NCBI GenBank assembly: GCA_050084985.1 | Contig: JBITNC010000001.1 | Coordinates: 24,366,001-24,430,000, forward strand | DNA from: Nageia nagi | Taxonomy: Eukaryota; Plantae; Pinophyta | DNA: 64,000 nucleotides | Direction of reading: 5' to 3' | In this document: piece by piece, positions 1 to 13,711 of the stretch | Layout: every line of letters begins with the position of its first letter | Position numbering within the stretch: position 1 is the first letter of the stretch | Translations under genes and position numbers: made by a program | Notes under the pieces: generated by a model | Seen by the model: the letters and a program-made list of their open reading frames with translations, nothing else | Databases searched by the model: none | Told to the model about the DNA's origin: nothing

Positions 1-913
1 CTGGTACTCTGCTCCAGCAATGTTGACATGGACACTGTGGCTTGAGAGAAATAATCGTACTTTCAACAATCAATTTACTTCAATGGACAGACTATGGAAG
101 AAACTAGATCAACAACTCATGCTCATATTGGATTCTGCTATCTCAATTCAGTCCCTGCCCACTGCTGACCTATCCGAGCTCTCTTCGTGGCACACTATTT
201 TGCAGATATGGCAATCCTCCCAGAAAATTGATCCACCATGCAGATACTCAGACATCGATCTTCAGCAGGTAAGGTTGCTCACCTACCTAAACGCCAAGCT
301 CCAATAGACAGAGAGGACATTTCTCCTATGCCTAAACACCCACGGCTCACCTAGCATAGTCAGCATAGTCCGAGCTCCGTTTTGTCGTCCATCTCCGACT
401 CCAAGTTTTCAGTTTTTCTCTTGCTTTCTACATGGAACGCATTGTAATGAAAAGCCAGATTAACTTCAGACGAGTTCCAGAAACAAACGTCAGATGAGCT
501 CCAGAAAGGGCCTAGCACCAGAAAGCGTTTAGCTCCAGAAAGCGTCTAGCACCAGAAAGTCTAGCACCAGGAAGTCTAGCACCAGAAACGAGCTCCAGAA
601 GTGAGCTCCAGAGGCGAGCTCTAGAAGTGAGCTCTAGAAGTGAGATTCACAGACGAGCTCCAGAAACGAGCTCCAGAGACGAGCTCCAGAGACAAGCTTA
701 CTGTATATGCTCCAGGGGGGGCCCTATCAGCTACCTTAGTGTCCATACTGGTAGTCATAGTAATCTTAGAGGTTTGATTCAGTGTTTTGTACAGCATGTC
801 TAACTGTGCTCACTGTAGCTCCCATAAGCTTGACATGTCTTTCAGATCCCATTATGTAACTTTGTCGAACTAGTCAATCAATAGAATTTATTTACTTACC
901 AAAAAAAAAAAAA
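1..913 (+). mobile_element. 3' end of an L1-type plant LINE (ORF2 C-terminus, repeat-rich 3' UTR, poly-A tail)
   Basis: ORF 20-307 contains WTLWLERNNRTFN, the W-x-x-W-x-E-R-N-x-R-x-F motif of plant L1 ORF2 C-termini. A 3' UTR follows and ends in A13 at 901-913. Confidence 0.8.
465..700 (+). repeat. Degenerate tandem array of ~13-17 bp GAGCTCCAGAAA / TAGCACCAGAAA units in the LINE 3' UTR
   Basis: Many consecutive copies are visible directly (gagctccagaaac, tagcaccagaaag, gagctctagaagt). Confidence 0.85.
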
Positions 914-2950
914 GAGCTCTGGATGGCATATTTGTAGACTATTTACACAAAATATTACTTCATTAAAATGAGTTCATACCTTCCCATGCTTAGTTTTGAT
1001 GATCACAAAGGTTTTGGATAGCTAGAAAGTGATTCATGGGAAATCCTACCAGGATACAACTCATATTATGGTACACTTATTACCATTATTCACACTACAT
1101 GAGGCCTATGCAAAGCATTTGGAAACATAGAAAACATTCAATACATGGTCAAATTGTGTGGAGAAGTATTAACATCAACCTGGAGAAATTATTTTACTAT
1201 TGATTATGCATGTTTTCAACTGAGAGATGTTGCATACATAATTTGGAGACAATTTTAGAAGACATCTATGGTGCAACATGGTTACTTCATGATATTTTTG
1301 GACATCCTTACATGTCATCAGGGAATTGGAATTGTATTGATGTCATTATTTGCACACATATATGTCTTTAACATTGGAATAGCACCATGGAAGTAAGAAG
1401 AATTTTTGTTGAAACTAAAATGGAATGTTATACTTGATTTCAAATTGAGGAATTTTTTGAATTACTTGGGGATAAGCAATTTGGGGAGGGTGGATTTGTA
1501 ATGCCCCCAATTGTTAGGTGTTTTTTCCATTTCATCTCTGATAAATGGGAACATTGGTTTAAGTGTGATTTTGTATAATTTGGTAGAAATCAACCAAAAA
1601 GATGTAAATTACACTTAGAGACTTAGAAAAGCTCTAATTATAGAATAAATGGCCTTTTATTTATTTTAATAAATGCCAATAATAATGTATTTGTAATACC
1701 AAGGTGATTATATTTGTAAATGCAATATTAGTCATCTTAAAAGAGGCATTGCATGTTTTAACCTTGATGAATGTAATATTGGCATTTAATGTATCTCTAG
1801 TCATTAGTGCTCCTCTTCGAGGTAGAGCATCCCCCTATGTGATTGCATTGACTACAAGATCATTTGGAGCTCCAAGGTTGGATGTGGCTCTTTGAATTAG
1901 GCTTTGGAAATATCGAGGCAAGTGGATGGGTCCCTATCATGGACGTTAGGCATATGAGAATCCCAAGATCCCATTTCGGCCCTCCTTGGAACTTGGATCT
2001 ATGGTATTGATCCTAAGGCACTCTAACATCACCCCCTCTTGTACGTTGGTATTCTTGGCCCTTAGATGTGATTTCATTCATCCTAAGGCTCTTTATCTTG
2101 TATGTTTCAAGCATGACCATACATATCACATCTCTCTTCTATTAAATCATTTCAATGGAATATTAGAAGATGATCACCCTCACCTATAAAAGGAGGACTT
2201 TTAGTCATTATGATATATGTTGATTTTTATTATTAAACCCCTTTTTTAGATTGAGTGGAAGCTCTATCTTTTCCAATTGTAGCTAATCTACATTTGAGGT
2301 ATTGAGGTGAGAGGAGGCTAACCTCAACTTATTCAAGCCATATTGAGAGGAACACTACTGGTTCCATCATAATTGTTATAGAGGAGACCTAGCATATGCC
2401 TCACTGCTTATAGGACTAGTGAGGCCCTGGAGCCATCCAACATAACCCAATTGGAGAAAGTTTTGGTACAAGCTCCTTAGGTAGAACTAGATATTTGTAA
2501 TTACGCTTCCACCATTATCTTATCAATACAATTACATTATGTTTTCAATATCTAGTTATTAATCTCTCTATGCTTGGACATTGGGTTGTGGAGTAGTTTT
2601 TGCATTACTTAAAATATAAGTTTTCTCCTTAAGTGTGATATTGGATCTAGATGTGTATTTTCATAGCATAAAACCTATATCTAATTCCTATTTGTAACTT
2701 TGGGCATTCTATAAGTCGAAATCATATTTTGCTTCTCTAGCTAGATGTTAGGTTTGTGTGAGAATTTCAAATTATCATTGCTAAATCTATCAATCATAGC
2801 TATATGTTGGAGTACTTGAGCAATTTTAAATTTTTATGGATAGTTTTGGATCTTGAAACCAAACATCCCTCTCCTAGGGCATGTTTGAGGAGTGAACCCT
2901 AGAATGACTCATCACAAATGTTGTGAGCATTATGACCTAGCATAATATCA
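914..2950 (+). mobile_element. 3' part of a gypsy-type LTR element: internal remnant, PPT and LTR
   Basis: Polypurine tract GGGGAGGG (1483-1490) precedes TGTAATGCCCCC at 1497. A TATA-like CTATAAAAG lies near 2184. The LTR 3' end is uncertain (~2916-2961). Confidence 0.6.
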
Positions 2951-3179
2951 CAATGAGTCTCCTTTGGCTTCTTCAATTCCTTCATCGACAACTCCTCAAA
3001 TCTTACCCAACAATAAGGGGAAGATCTCCAACTTCACTCAACAAATATTTTGTGTGTGATACCACTTTGATGTGGGTATCCCAAAATCTTGAACTTCAAC
3101 TCAAACCCTTTGTGAATGATGCCCTTAATTCTAGTAGGATGGCATAATCAAGGCTCTGATAGCACTATTATGAGACTCT

Positions 3180-4079
3180 TTTTTCAATCATTTTTACATG
3201 TTACATGACATGGTTTCATCAAGAAATGAGGGAGATATTGCATTTTAAAATTTTCCAATCAAGCCAATCTTCGAACATTGCATGCATTGGAATCGACCAA
3301 GGAAATTTGGCTAGAAGAAAGATATTTTATTTCAAGGTATGCTAGGATCATAATTATTGGTATTTTTAAGGTATAATCACCTATATAAGGAATATTAGGG
3401 CATCACTTGAATACATCTTCTTATGCATTCGATATTTGATCATTCGGATCTTAAATATGCTTCCCTTCTCTACCTTCTAGGGCTTAAGGTTGCTCTCTAG
3501 CCTAGAAGTGGCTCATCTACACTTTTACACTTATTGAGAGCTTACATTCATCATTGTTACCATTTGGGAGCTTGCGCCAACCATTGAAATCCATTTAGAG
3601 ACTTGCACCTAGCTTGATAGCTACCTTGGGACTTACGCTAGTATTGTGGAGTCTATTTTGAGCAATTTTGAGTCTTGGGCTTTGCTTAGAAGTTGTTACA
3701 TGCTTTTATAGCCTTATACTTATTCTTGGTCATTATTATTAATATTTAGCTCTTATATTGCTTTCATATTATGTCTCAAATATGAATTAATGTTTCTACA
3801 TATTTCTACTATGCTTCTATCTTCATTATGCATAGGAATGCATGCAAATTGAGTACTTTTAGAGCTATATTTTTATTACATAATAGATCTTATTTGTGCG
3901 CTAGTTTTTTTCATATACACATATTATAAAAGATTCATACCAATTTTGGTTACCATTGTTACATCTTAGTTTGAGAGCATATTTTGGATGCTTTATGAGT
4001 ATATTCTTTGATGCTCTATTTTATGGATTAAAGTGGAATTAAGTGCTAATTTGGATTAAAACTAGAAAGGTACATTACA
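3180..4079 (+). repeat. 5' LTR (5'-truncated) of gypsy-type element A
   Basis: Ends GGTACATTACA, followed by PBS TGGTATCAGA (4081-4090, tRNA-iMet type). Homologous to the reverse complement of 12621-13510. Confidence 0.85.
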
Positions 4080-4080
4080 A

Positions 4081-7000
4081 TGGTATCAGATCTCTAAATC
4101 CTACCAGCTTGTGAGGGTTCAAAAGAGATGGAAATTCCTCAAGAATAGTTGAATTCCATGGTCGATTTGCTAGCTCAATTGGTGAACAAGTTTGATGGAC
4201 TCTCTCAACCCCATCAAAGGATCTTAAGTTCAACAAACCATACACAATGAATGGCCCCTCACTTTTCACCCATGTTCTTGCAAGGAAAAGAAAAAAAAAA
4301 GAATCAAGAGAATGAGATGTATGATCTTTTTGCACAATACCAAGAAAAAAGTGATGAATTTAGACAAGCGGTTTCATTTGAAGGGTATTTGAAGTTCTAT
4401 TTAAAGAAGATTGACCAAGAAAGAAAATACTACAAGCAACTACAAGTGCCCATGCTCAATGGGAATAATATCTCCATTGAAGCTTCGTTATATAAGGTAA
4501 GAACATACTGCAGCCTTTGTCCAATGAATGAGAAATATGCCATCCATTTTGCTTCATTTCACCTTGAATATATTGTGCATGAATGGTGGCACAATGACCA
4601 CACCATTTTGTGTCATGGAAATATCATCACTTTCCAAGAGTTTAGTCAGAGGATTTATGATAGATTCATGGAAATGAAAGAAGAGGAACTTCTAAGGGAC
4701 TTGACCCTTCTATAGAAAACTTCAACAACAGCTACCTATGCAGAAGATTTCCAAACAATATTAGTAAAAGTATCCAACCTTATGGACAAAAGGAAGATGG
4801 AAATCTTCATGGAAGGATTAAAGGAACATCTCAAAGGCTTAGTCAAATATTTTGGCCCTATCACTTTGCAAGATACAGTTAAGAGAGACATTGCCCTCAA
4901 TAATTATCAAGGAAGAATAAGGAACTATGTAAGTTTGGTACAACCAAACGCAAAGACCCAAACAAAGTGGAAATGAAGATGAAGAGCCAAACAAAGTGGA
5001 AATGAATATGAAGAACAAAACAAAGTGAAAATGAATATGAAGAGCCAAACAAAGTGGAAATGAAGATGAAGAGCCAAACAAAGTGGAAATGAAGATGAAG
5101 AGCCAAGAATTAGTCACAAACTCATCTCAAGATTTAGCCCCAAATTCAAAAAACATTGGAAACCATGACAAGCAAAGAATACATCATCTTACCAAAGGAA
5201 GAATCATACCAAGAAGTTTTTTTAAGGGCAATCAATATTAGTTTTTGAGAAAAAACATAGTGTCAAGGAAGATGAAGGTGATCCATTTTCACATGAGATA
5301 TGTTTGGAACCCAAAAATATTTTCTTTGAATTGCATACACCTACACATGTTGATGATAAGACTATAGTAAAAAAGCTTAACATAGATGTGAGAATTGAAG
5401 TTTTCAAATCAGCTTGTAAAAGCATATACACTAGTTCCATCCCTTTTATTTTGAAGAATGATGTGAGGAAGTAATTTATCTCTCATGGGGACCCCAATAC
5501 TCTTTCATATCAGCACTTAGTTCCTTGTGATTAAGGTGCTTTGATAACAAGGTATGAGGAAGGCATGGAGTTCATTGGAGGATTCTGTTTTTCAAATTCA
5601 ACCCTTGGAAAAGAACTTTCATATATGCCAATTTTATTCACAATTAAGGAGGGTCACTATTTTCCAAATCAGCCTTTCTTATATTAAGCCTTGGGAGGAT
5701 TTGAGAGCACATATTCAATTTTGGGGTGTTTAAAGAAGAACTTACGCCACTTGGAGTCATCTCTACATCCATTAAGATCATGGATTAGTCATGATATTAC
5801 TCACAAAAGATATGAAATTCATAATGATTTTTATAACAACAATTAGGGAGGTTTCAACATTCATACATTGATAACATTAGTAAGTTGTGTGAAGATGGCG
5901 GTGAGTGGATATAGTGGGATTGTTGCACATCACGTTTCTACAATGATAAGAATCATGTGGGATGTATATTTATGGATAGTTGGAGCACATAATGAGATTA
6001 CATCAACACTAACAGTTGGAGATGACATGGTAGTTAAGATTGATCATTGGATAAAACTTTTGAACTATCATAGTAGTGACATTTGGTATTCATAAAACTT
6101 ATTGCTTTCCTAACTCAAAGACTAGTAAGTACAAATTAGGAGATAAAGGTATAATGGAAGAAGCAAATTATTCTCTTTCCCCATGCTCAAGTTTTGGACA
6201 AAAAGGTATGATGTTTCCAGGGTATGATAGTTCTTTTCATCCTTATACCAACAATGCCTTTTGTTTCATTCCTTTTGTTTGGTTTGACATAGTAAGAGGT
6301 AATAGGTTGATAAAGTTAGGAGTTAGCATACCCATATTACTTGGAACAATCAGGGTCACTTATAACGATTCCCTCCATGTCCCACTTGGAAAAATTGATA
6401 GCATGATTGGAAAGAAAAAATTGATCTTGTTATCACACTTAGTTTATGGACAACAGTAAGAGACAATTATGATGAAGTTCATGGATGGGCCCTTGCTTAA
6501 CCCAAACATTGAATTTAATGATAACTCAAACTTACACTTAGGTTTGCTCCAATAGTTTAACCCCACGAATGAAGATATAACAACCAATGAAAGAAGAGAT
6601 GGAACCCCTTAACATCAATTTTCTAATCCTCAAAAATATTTGTTTAAGACTATGTCTTATGAGTGGCTCAAAAATACAAAACTCTATAATATTCAAAATG
6701 CTAGTATTATTCTCAATGTTCACTATGGGTACAATTAAGAAGACTCCTTGATTATGAATCAAGCCTCAATAGATCATGGCCTATTTCGAACAATGCATTT
6801 TCATACATGGGAGACCCAACTATTTCACTCCATTTATGGGCAACAAAGCTTGATAATATTAGGGAGGTATGTCCATATTTTAAGTTTTTATAACAACAAC
6901 TCCAATTTCTTTCTTTCTTTGGCAATGATGGGGAGTCATAAGTTGTTGGTTTGTATTTCAATATGTCTAGGCACAATGAGGGTTTTTTGTAGACACACAT

Positions 7001-7123
7001 TCTATGTTTTGTTTGAAAAGATTTGTATCATAATTGAAAAAAGAAATCAGTCCTTGATATTGCATTCAATACATGGAATTCACAATAGTAGTATTCTCAA
7101 TTTTGGAAACATTCTAAGGCATC
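4081..7123 (+). mobile_element. Element A internal region, left part (decayed gag plus unidentified sequence); it continues as the reverse complement of 14830-13712
   Basis: PBS at 4081. Gag remnant AIHFASFHLEYIVHEWWHND...IFMEGLK (4251-4950). No RT or integrase motifs seen. Confidence 0.7.
4957..5106 (+). repeat. ~5 tandem copies of a ~29-bp unit (CCAAACAAAGTGGAAATGAAGATGAAGAG)
   Basis: Directly visible minisatellite. Confidence 0.9.
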
Positions 7124-9076
7124 GGCAGCGTGGGGTGATTAGCCAATGGTATTCTCTCATCACGTATTTTGATGAGTTTGTCAGACGATTGGTCAAGTGG
7201 TTCAATAGGAAGAGGGAAAATGACTACTTTCGAGATCTTACATCGTTGAGGTAGCTAGGTATGGTGGATGATTATGTGATAGAGTTTCAAAGGATTGCCA
7301 CTATGATCCACCATATTCTGAAGGAAAGATTGATATTCCTATTCATTGAGGGGTTGATGGAGCCATTACTGGGAATGCTTAAGGTATCTTCCCCTAAGAG
7401 CCTTGATGACACTATTCGGGCAACATACATCCTTGAGGCCATAGTGAAATCCCTCAATGTAGGGCAGACATATAGGGGGCCTATCAATTGGAAGTTGATT
7501 ACAAACAAATAAGGGCCTAACAAGTCCAAACCCTTCCCACTGTCTAGAAAAAATTAGTTAGACATAGCCACACGGTCTACAAGAAGGATTGGGAGCCAAG
7601 ACACCATTGCTAAAGCAAAGGGCAAGTGCATTATATAGAGGTGTTTTTGGAAGGTGAATCAAATGATTTGGATATGGAGATTGGGGTAGATACCCTAGAT
7701 CAGGATTCACCTCATGTTGAGGGTACATTGGGAAGCATGATTGCTTTGCTGCATGGAGTAAAGAAGTATCTACTCTGAAAATCATGGGGCAAGTAGGAGG
7801 ACAAGATGTGATGGTCTTGATTGATCCAGGAGCATCCCAAAACTTCATTAATGCAAGTTTTGATAAGAAGAAGAACCTGAAGATAAAATAATCGAGGGAT
7901 TCATGGTTTCCAACACCAACGAGAAGCTCACATTTTTGGACCACATAGGTGAGAGGTTTGGTGTGAGATTGCAGAGTTGTACAGTGAGTGAAGACTTTTA
8001 CATTTATCCTTTGAAGGGACATCCTGATATCATCTTAGGAGTGCAGTGGCTATTTGACTTGGGTGATATCCACACCAATTATTAGAAACTTACAATGAGT
8101 TTGAAATTGATGGGAAGAGACATACTTTGCAAGAAATCAAAGATGATTATCCATAGGTGGACAATAAGAGACTGGAGGTGATAGAGTGGTGTCAAGAGAA
8201 GGAGGAAGTAGAAGATGCATCCATGTTTAAAAAGCCAAAGAGTCAGCAAGAGTTGGAGGGTATTAGGGAGCTCCCACACCCCATGTTGTAGTCTAAACAG
8301 CTTAAGGGGTTGACATTGATGCATAAGGAGGATGGATACCCCATGTCTGGCATCTGGGAGGCATGTTACCTAACGTTGAGACTCAGGGAGGTGGGACACC
8401 CCACAGTAGACATTTGAAGAGCTAGGAATACCACATCAGGTCATTGGGAGCCTAGGCACCCTACGTTGAGTCTTTGGGAGGATGAGCTTGCTATGTTGAG
8501 CAATGATGATGGTTACCCAACGTTGGGCACAAGGAAGGTTGCATTCCCCTTGCAGGACATTCTTAAGATATGTGGTGACACATTGGACCTAGGAAGGTCT
8601 ATCACCTTAATAATGACCCAGCTGGTAGTTGGATATCCTACATTGGGGGATGAGATGAATCCTTGCTCCACACTAGCCATGGGGAGATTGTGGGAACCCA
8701 TGTTGAGCTCTGAGGAGTATTGGCTGCACATATGGAGCATAGGATCTACCTATTTTCACTTACATATGATTTTCTTAAGGTTTTTGTAGGTACACCTTCG
8801 CTCTGATATACATGCATTCTCATAAGTATGGAGGATAGCCATGGAACATCTAGTAAGGAGTAATAGTTATAGCAAACTAGAGTGTTTGCAAGATGCACTG
8901 ATACATGAGCATGGAGTTTCAGCAATGTACTGCATGTTGCTACCCTAGATGAGGAATATTGAAGTTACATTCCATTGCCATGAATTCCAACTCCCAAGAC
9001 TGAAGGATTCTTGGAAGATAATATGTTGTAGTCTTCTATCATTACTTGAGGGTAAGCAATTCAAGAGAGGAGGCTT
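7124..9076 (+). mobile_element. Element B internal region, 3' part (gag C-terminal half, aspartic protease, PPT), inside the inversion
   Basis: Gag QRGVISQWYSLITYFDEF...FIEGLMEPL, protease VLIDPGASQNFI and DIILGVQWL, PPT AAGAGAGGAGG before the LTR. No RT or integrase, so non-autonomous. Confidence 0.8.
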
Positions 9077-10391
9077 TGTGACATCCCCCTTGTTCAATTG
9101 TAATTAAGTGTGGGGTCCGAAAGATTCCTCTTTATAATATACTTTATTCATGTATTGCACTTTCATAATTGTTACTTAGGATAGGAGACTTAATGGATCA
9201 ATGGATCCCATTGTGAGCCCCAAGTGGGATGTCTCTGTCCTAAGGTTAGATTAGGTGTATTTGTAATACTTGGAGATCTTGAAACATGATTATGGGAATC
9301 CCAAGGTCTATTTAGCATTTATTGGATGAATGAGCACTTTATGACCCAACGTTGAGATTGGGAGCATGTAGACACCTACGCCAGCTTGGGGAAGGCTTCT
9401 AGACCCCCACGTTGGCCCTTAAGACTCACATTTCCCCCTAGGTGTCCACACATGCCTCCTAGACCCACACATGCCTCCTAGACCTACACATGCATTCCTA
9501 GGTCCATGTGGAGCATAGAGGAGGCCCACATACCCAGATTGAGCTTGGATTGATCCCTAAGTGCCAATGTTGGACCATGAGGGGATTGGGTGATGAATTT
9601 GAGGTGTAATCCGGACCAAGAAAGGCTATATTAATCCTTGGAGTCTCATTACTGTATATACATTGATTATTATAACTTCTACATAGTCCAAAGGACACCA
9701 AATTTTAGCGACGCTAATCAACCTTTCTTAAGCGCAGCGTCTAGAGGGTTTTCAAGCTGAAGGATCCTATCTATATATGGTATTGGTGTAGCACCTTTTC
9801 CCATCCAGTGTTATTCCAAGGTATTGCTTCTACCTTCGTTGGTTATCTAGGATATGAGGAGGGCTCCTTTAGTGTGGAGGATTCTTATTTTGAGGAGGTG
9901 TATTGTCCCATGGTTCCAAAGTATTTCTAGAGAGAGAGTAGATATTATGTTGTGCCCTAATTTGCTCTTGAGAGGCCAACGTCAGCCCTCTTGGGCTTGG
10001 TATTGTATTTGTTGAGCATTTTATATTCAATATACCACCAAGGGCATTAGATCTCATATTTTGTATTATCTATACCTTTCTTGTGCATGGGTAGAAATGC
10101 TATTACTGTGTATACTTGTATTGGCTAGATGTTGGCATTATGGAGCATTATTTATTATTTATTACATGTACTGGCTAGAAGTTGGAGATTAGATGTTGTG
10201 AATGCTTAATATTGTAACCCTAGCTCTGATGTTGGCTTGTTTGCATTATGTCAGCTTGATTTGGATGCCCTAACCCTAATGTTGCCATCTTGAGGATTTA
10301 TATGCTTGTGTTTGACACATTAGGCTTGATGTCAGGGATTGATGGTTTGAATTTGTTAGTTTGAGCTTGAGTTGCATTTTGGATCATAACA
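9077..10391 (+). repeat. 3' LTR of element B (now inverted relative to its 5' LTR)
   Basis: TGTGACATCC...GGATCATAACA, preceded by a PPT and followed by TSD CATTT. Homologous to the reverse complement of 15987-17204. Confidence 0.9.
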
Positions 10392-10989
10392 CATTTGTTG
10401 CCAACACCTATCATTGGAAACTAGTGCCCTTTTTTGGAAGTTTGCGCATCTTAGAAACCCTAGTCCAACCTACTGGAAGTTTTGTTCATTGTGTATTGGT
10501 GTTCTTGCAGTATTTTTTGGTGAAGACCTACGTGGAGATTCCACCCATTCCTTGTGTGTGGTGATTGTTCTATGTATTGTGCATGTTCATATACCTACTG
10601 ACACATTGAAAACTCAATGCAAGCCTCTTATCTGATGTGGAGCTCTCCTCTATGGCTGACATGACTTGTAATTTGTGTCTTTTACCATACAAGTGCTCTA
10701 CCATCATACCCTCATTGCAAGCCATTTCATTTCCTGCACCACTCGCACACCCTCTAATGGGCCCTTTCAATGTATTGGAGTGCCAGCTCAGTCTTATCCA
10801 CCTACCACATCCCTACCTTGCCACCAGCCTAATCATTTATTTGGTAATCGTTTACAATATTTAAATTTAAAGGTTTCTAATATTTAAATATTTAAACTTT
10901 TAATATTTAATATTGTTACCAATCATTTAAATCTTTTGGAGGCACGTCTTATTATTTCTTGCTTAATCCCTTTCGGATTAAAGGGGGAG

Positions 10990-11285
10990 GTTGAAAACCT
11001 AATCCTTAGGGATTAAGGTTGAATGTAAGTAATTAGATTTACATGTTATAAGTGTGTAGGTATGAGAAAGCATTTTATATTTATTTATTTTCAGATTTGT
11101 GTTGTAAGAATTTCAAAGGTCATAGTAAGATGAAGTTGTAGAGTCTTTAGGTAGGTAAAGAGTCTCTTGAGGAAGGTGAAGTGATAAGCCACTTTTTCAT
11201 CTATTTATGAATGTTGTATTGATATAATACATGAATTTTGGAGTTAATAGAATTTGGTTTTGCAAACCTAACAGTGGGCCTTAAA
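10990..11285 (+). repeat. 3' LTR of small non-autonomous element C (inside the inversion)
   Basis: PPT AAAGGGGGAG immediately upstream. About 290 bp homologous to the reverse complement of 18011-18303. Confidence 0.8.
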
Positions 11286-12620
11286 GTGAGCTATTTGTTT
11301 ACATACACTCGTATGTATGAGTTATCCTTTGACCGTTCTTCATCCCTTGAAACCTTCTTAAATTAAGAAAAAAATCTTCACCTTGGAAAGTAAAGTAATT
11401 GCATTTCTTGAATAGAGTAAAAAAAAAAAACACTAAACAAAATTGAAAGAAAATGGAAATCCTTCCACTTTCATAATAAAATTTAGAAAAATGTTAGCAC
11501 TCATTTTTTGGATTGGCACATGTTATTGAAGAATAATTGCTAGTTGATACAATTGATAGTTTACTTAAATTTATGAGCATATTATCGAATGATGACAAGT
11601 TAACTATGTTTTGTAAACTATTTTTAATTTCCAATGATGTATATCATATTGTAAAATATTTTAAATAGATGAATGCTTCATTAGATTACAACAAAGTTGG
11701 TTAAAGTTTTCTTTTTTAATAGGATAAAAACAACGGTTTTAGAAGGATTCATTATTTTTTACATCAATCAAAGATATTCAAGATAATTCTATAGGAATAT
11801 CACAAAATCTAGATCCAATAGAGAATTCTAGGATCCCCAAGAACATTATGTTTAAATAAAACTAACATAAATTCGCTAATACAAAATCTAATAGGGTTTG
11901 GAATATATCAAAGGAATACCTTGATGGAAAAAAACCAACACCATTTAAAAAAAAAAAACTTAACATCTTTTTCTCTCCTACTTTTGGTGTTTTTGTTTGG
12001 GGTTTCTACCCTCTGGTTTCGCTTGACTACTTCCTTAAATTTATTCTTCCAAAAAACATGATGGTTCTTGTCCTTTTTTTGGAATGCCATGGTCTCTTAT
12101 TTAGTAAGGCCTTTATCCAACAATATTTCAATAGTAAAATAATATTTATGGAGGGGGTGGGGGGGAAGGTTTTGGTCCTTCCCTTTCCTTTTATAGTTTT
12201 CTTTTTGCCTTTTCTCTGGCTTGTTGAGTTAGTTTGATTCGACATTTATCCATTAAAGCCTTCCTTATTATTTTTGATGGATTAATTCCCAAAAGTTGTT
12301 CCAGGTTTGCAACATGTTCAAGTACCTCCTCATTGCTTACCATGTACATTGCATCCACATTGCTCACCATGTACATGGACTTCTCTTCTCCTCAAAGTTT
12401 TCCTTCACTACCTACCTATCAACTTGGGAAACTACCTTCTAGACTAAAGTTTCTCTTTGGATTACAAGATCCTCCCTTGGAGATTTGGAATTTCCTTCAT
12501 TCACTTAAATATGTGGATGTTCCACTGTGTTTCCTAGATGATCTCCATACTCTAGGCATCCCCCCTTATCATATTTGAAGAAGATCCAGTGCCGGGTAAG
12601 GGTTGGATCTCTAGAATCTT

Positions 12621-13711
12621 TGTAATGTACCTTTCTAGGTTTAATCCAAATTTAGGATTCAATTCCACTTTAATCCACAAATTAGGGCATCAAAGAACAT
12701 GCTCATAAATCATCTAAAACATGTGCTCAAAATGAGATGTAACAACAATAACCAAAATTGGAAAGCTCTTATAATATGCGCATATGACCAAAACTAGGGC
12801 ACAAATCAGATTTGTTATGTAATAGAAATATAGCTTCAAAAGTATTCAATTTGCATACATTCCCATGCATAATGAAGATATAAGCATAATAGAAATATGT
12901 AGCAACATTCATTCACATTCGATACATAATATGAGAGCAATATAAGAGCCAAATATAAATAATAGTGACCAAAAATAAGTATAGGGCTATAATAAGCTTG
13001 TAACAAGTTTTAGGGCAAAGCCCAAGACTCAAAAATGCTCAAACTAGACTTCACAAGGTTGATGCAAGTTCCAAAGCAACTCTCAAGCTAGGCACAAGTA
13101 TCCAAATGGCTTCCAATGGTTGGCGCAATCTTCCAAATGACAAGAATGATGAATTTAAGCTCTCAAGAAATGTAGAAGTATAGATAAGCCACTTTTAGGC
13201 TAGGGAGCAACCCTAAACCCTAGAAGGTAGAGAAGGGAAGCATTCCTTATCTTTGAATCATCAAAGATTGAATGCACAAGATGATATCTTCAAGTGATGC
13301 TCTAATATTCCTTATATAAGTGATAATAATTTGAAAATACCAATAATTATGATCCTATCCGACCTTGAAATAAAATATCTTTCTTATAGCCAACTTTCCC
13401 TAGCTGATTTTGACATGTGCGATGTTTAGAGATTGGCTTGACTAGTGAATTTCAAAATGCAATCTCCCTCATTTCTTTACGAAACCATATCGTGTAACTG
13501 TCAAAATAATTACTAAAATATTCTCCATCCATTCTAGAAGATAAATCGAAAATCTTGAACTTGTGATGAAAGTTATGCCTTTGACAAGGTTTCTCAAAGT
13601 TGGGGACATTACATAATTCAAAAAATAAAGTACTCCTAATCTAAGTACTAAATATCACAATTAATAGGCATGAGGGATGATGTCTAGATGTCCTAAATTG
13701 GGGACATTACA
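12621..13711 (-). repeat. 3' LTR of element A (inside the inversion), with a duplicated LTR start
   Basis: On the minus strand, PPT GAGGAGGGAGGA (13714-13725) is followed by TGTAATGTCCCCAA at 13711 and again at 13613. Ends GGTACATTACA at 12621. Homologous to 3180-4079. Confidence 0.8.

Noticed and set aside
5222-7000. Short ORFs in the element A internal region as host genes
   Set aside because: No recognisable domains, fragmented, and enclosed in a retroelement.
3180-10391. Apparent single element with two different LTRs (A...B), and its mirror at 12621-17204
   Set aside because: Explained by the 7124-14830 inversion. The TSD and split gag codon pair B with B and A with A.
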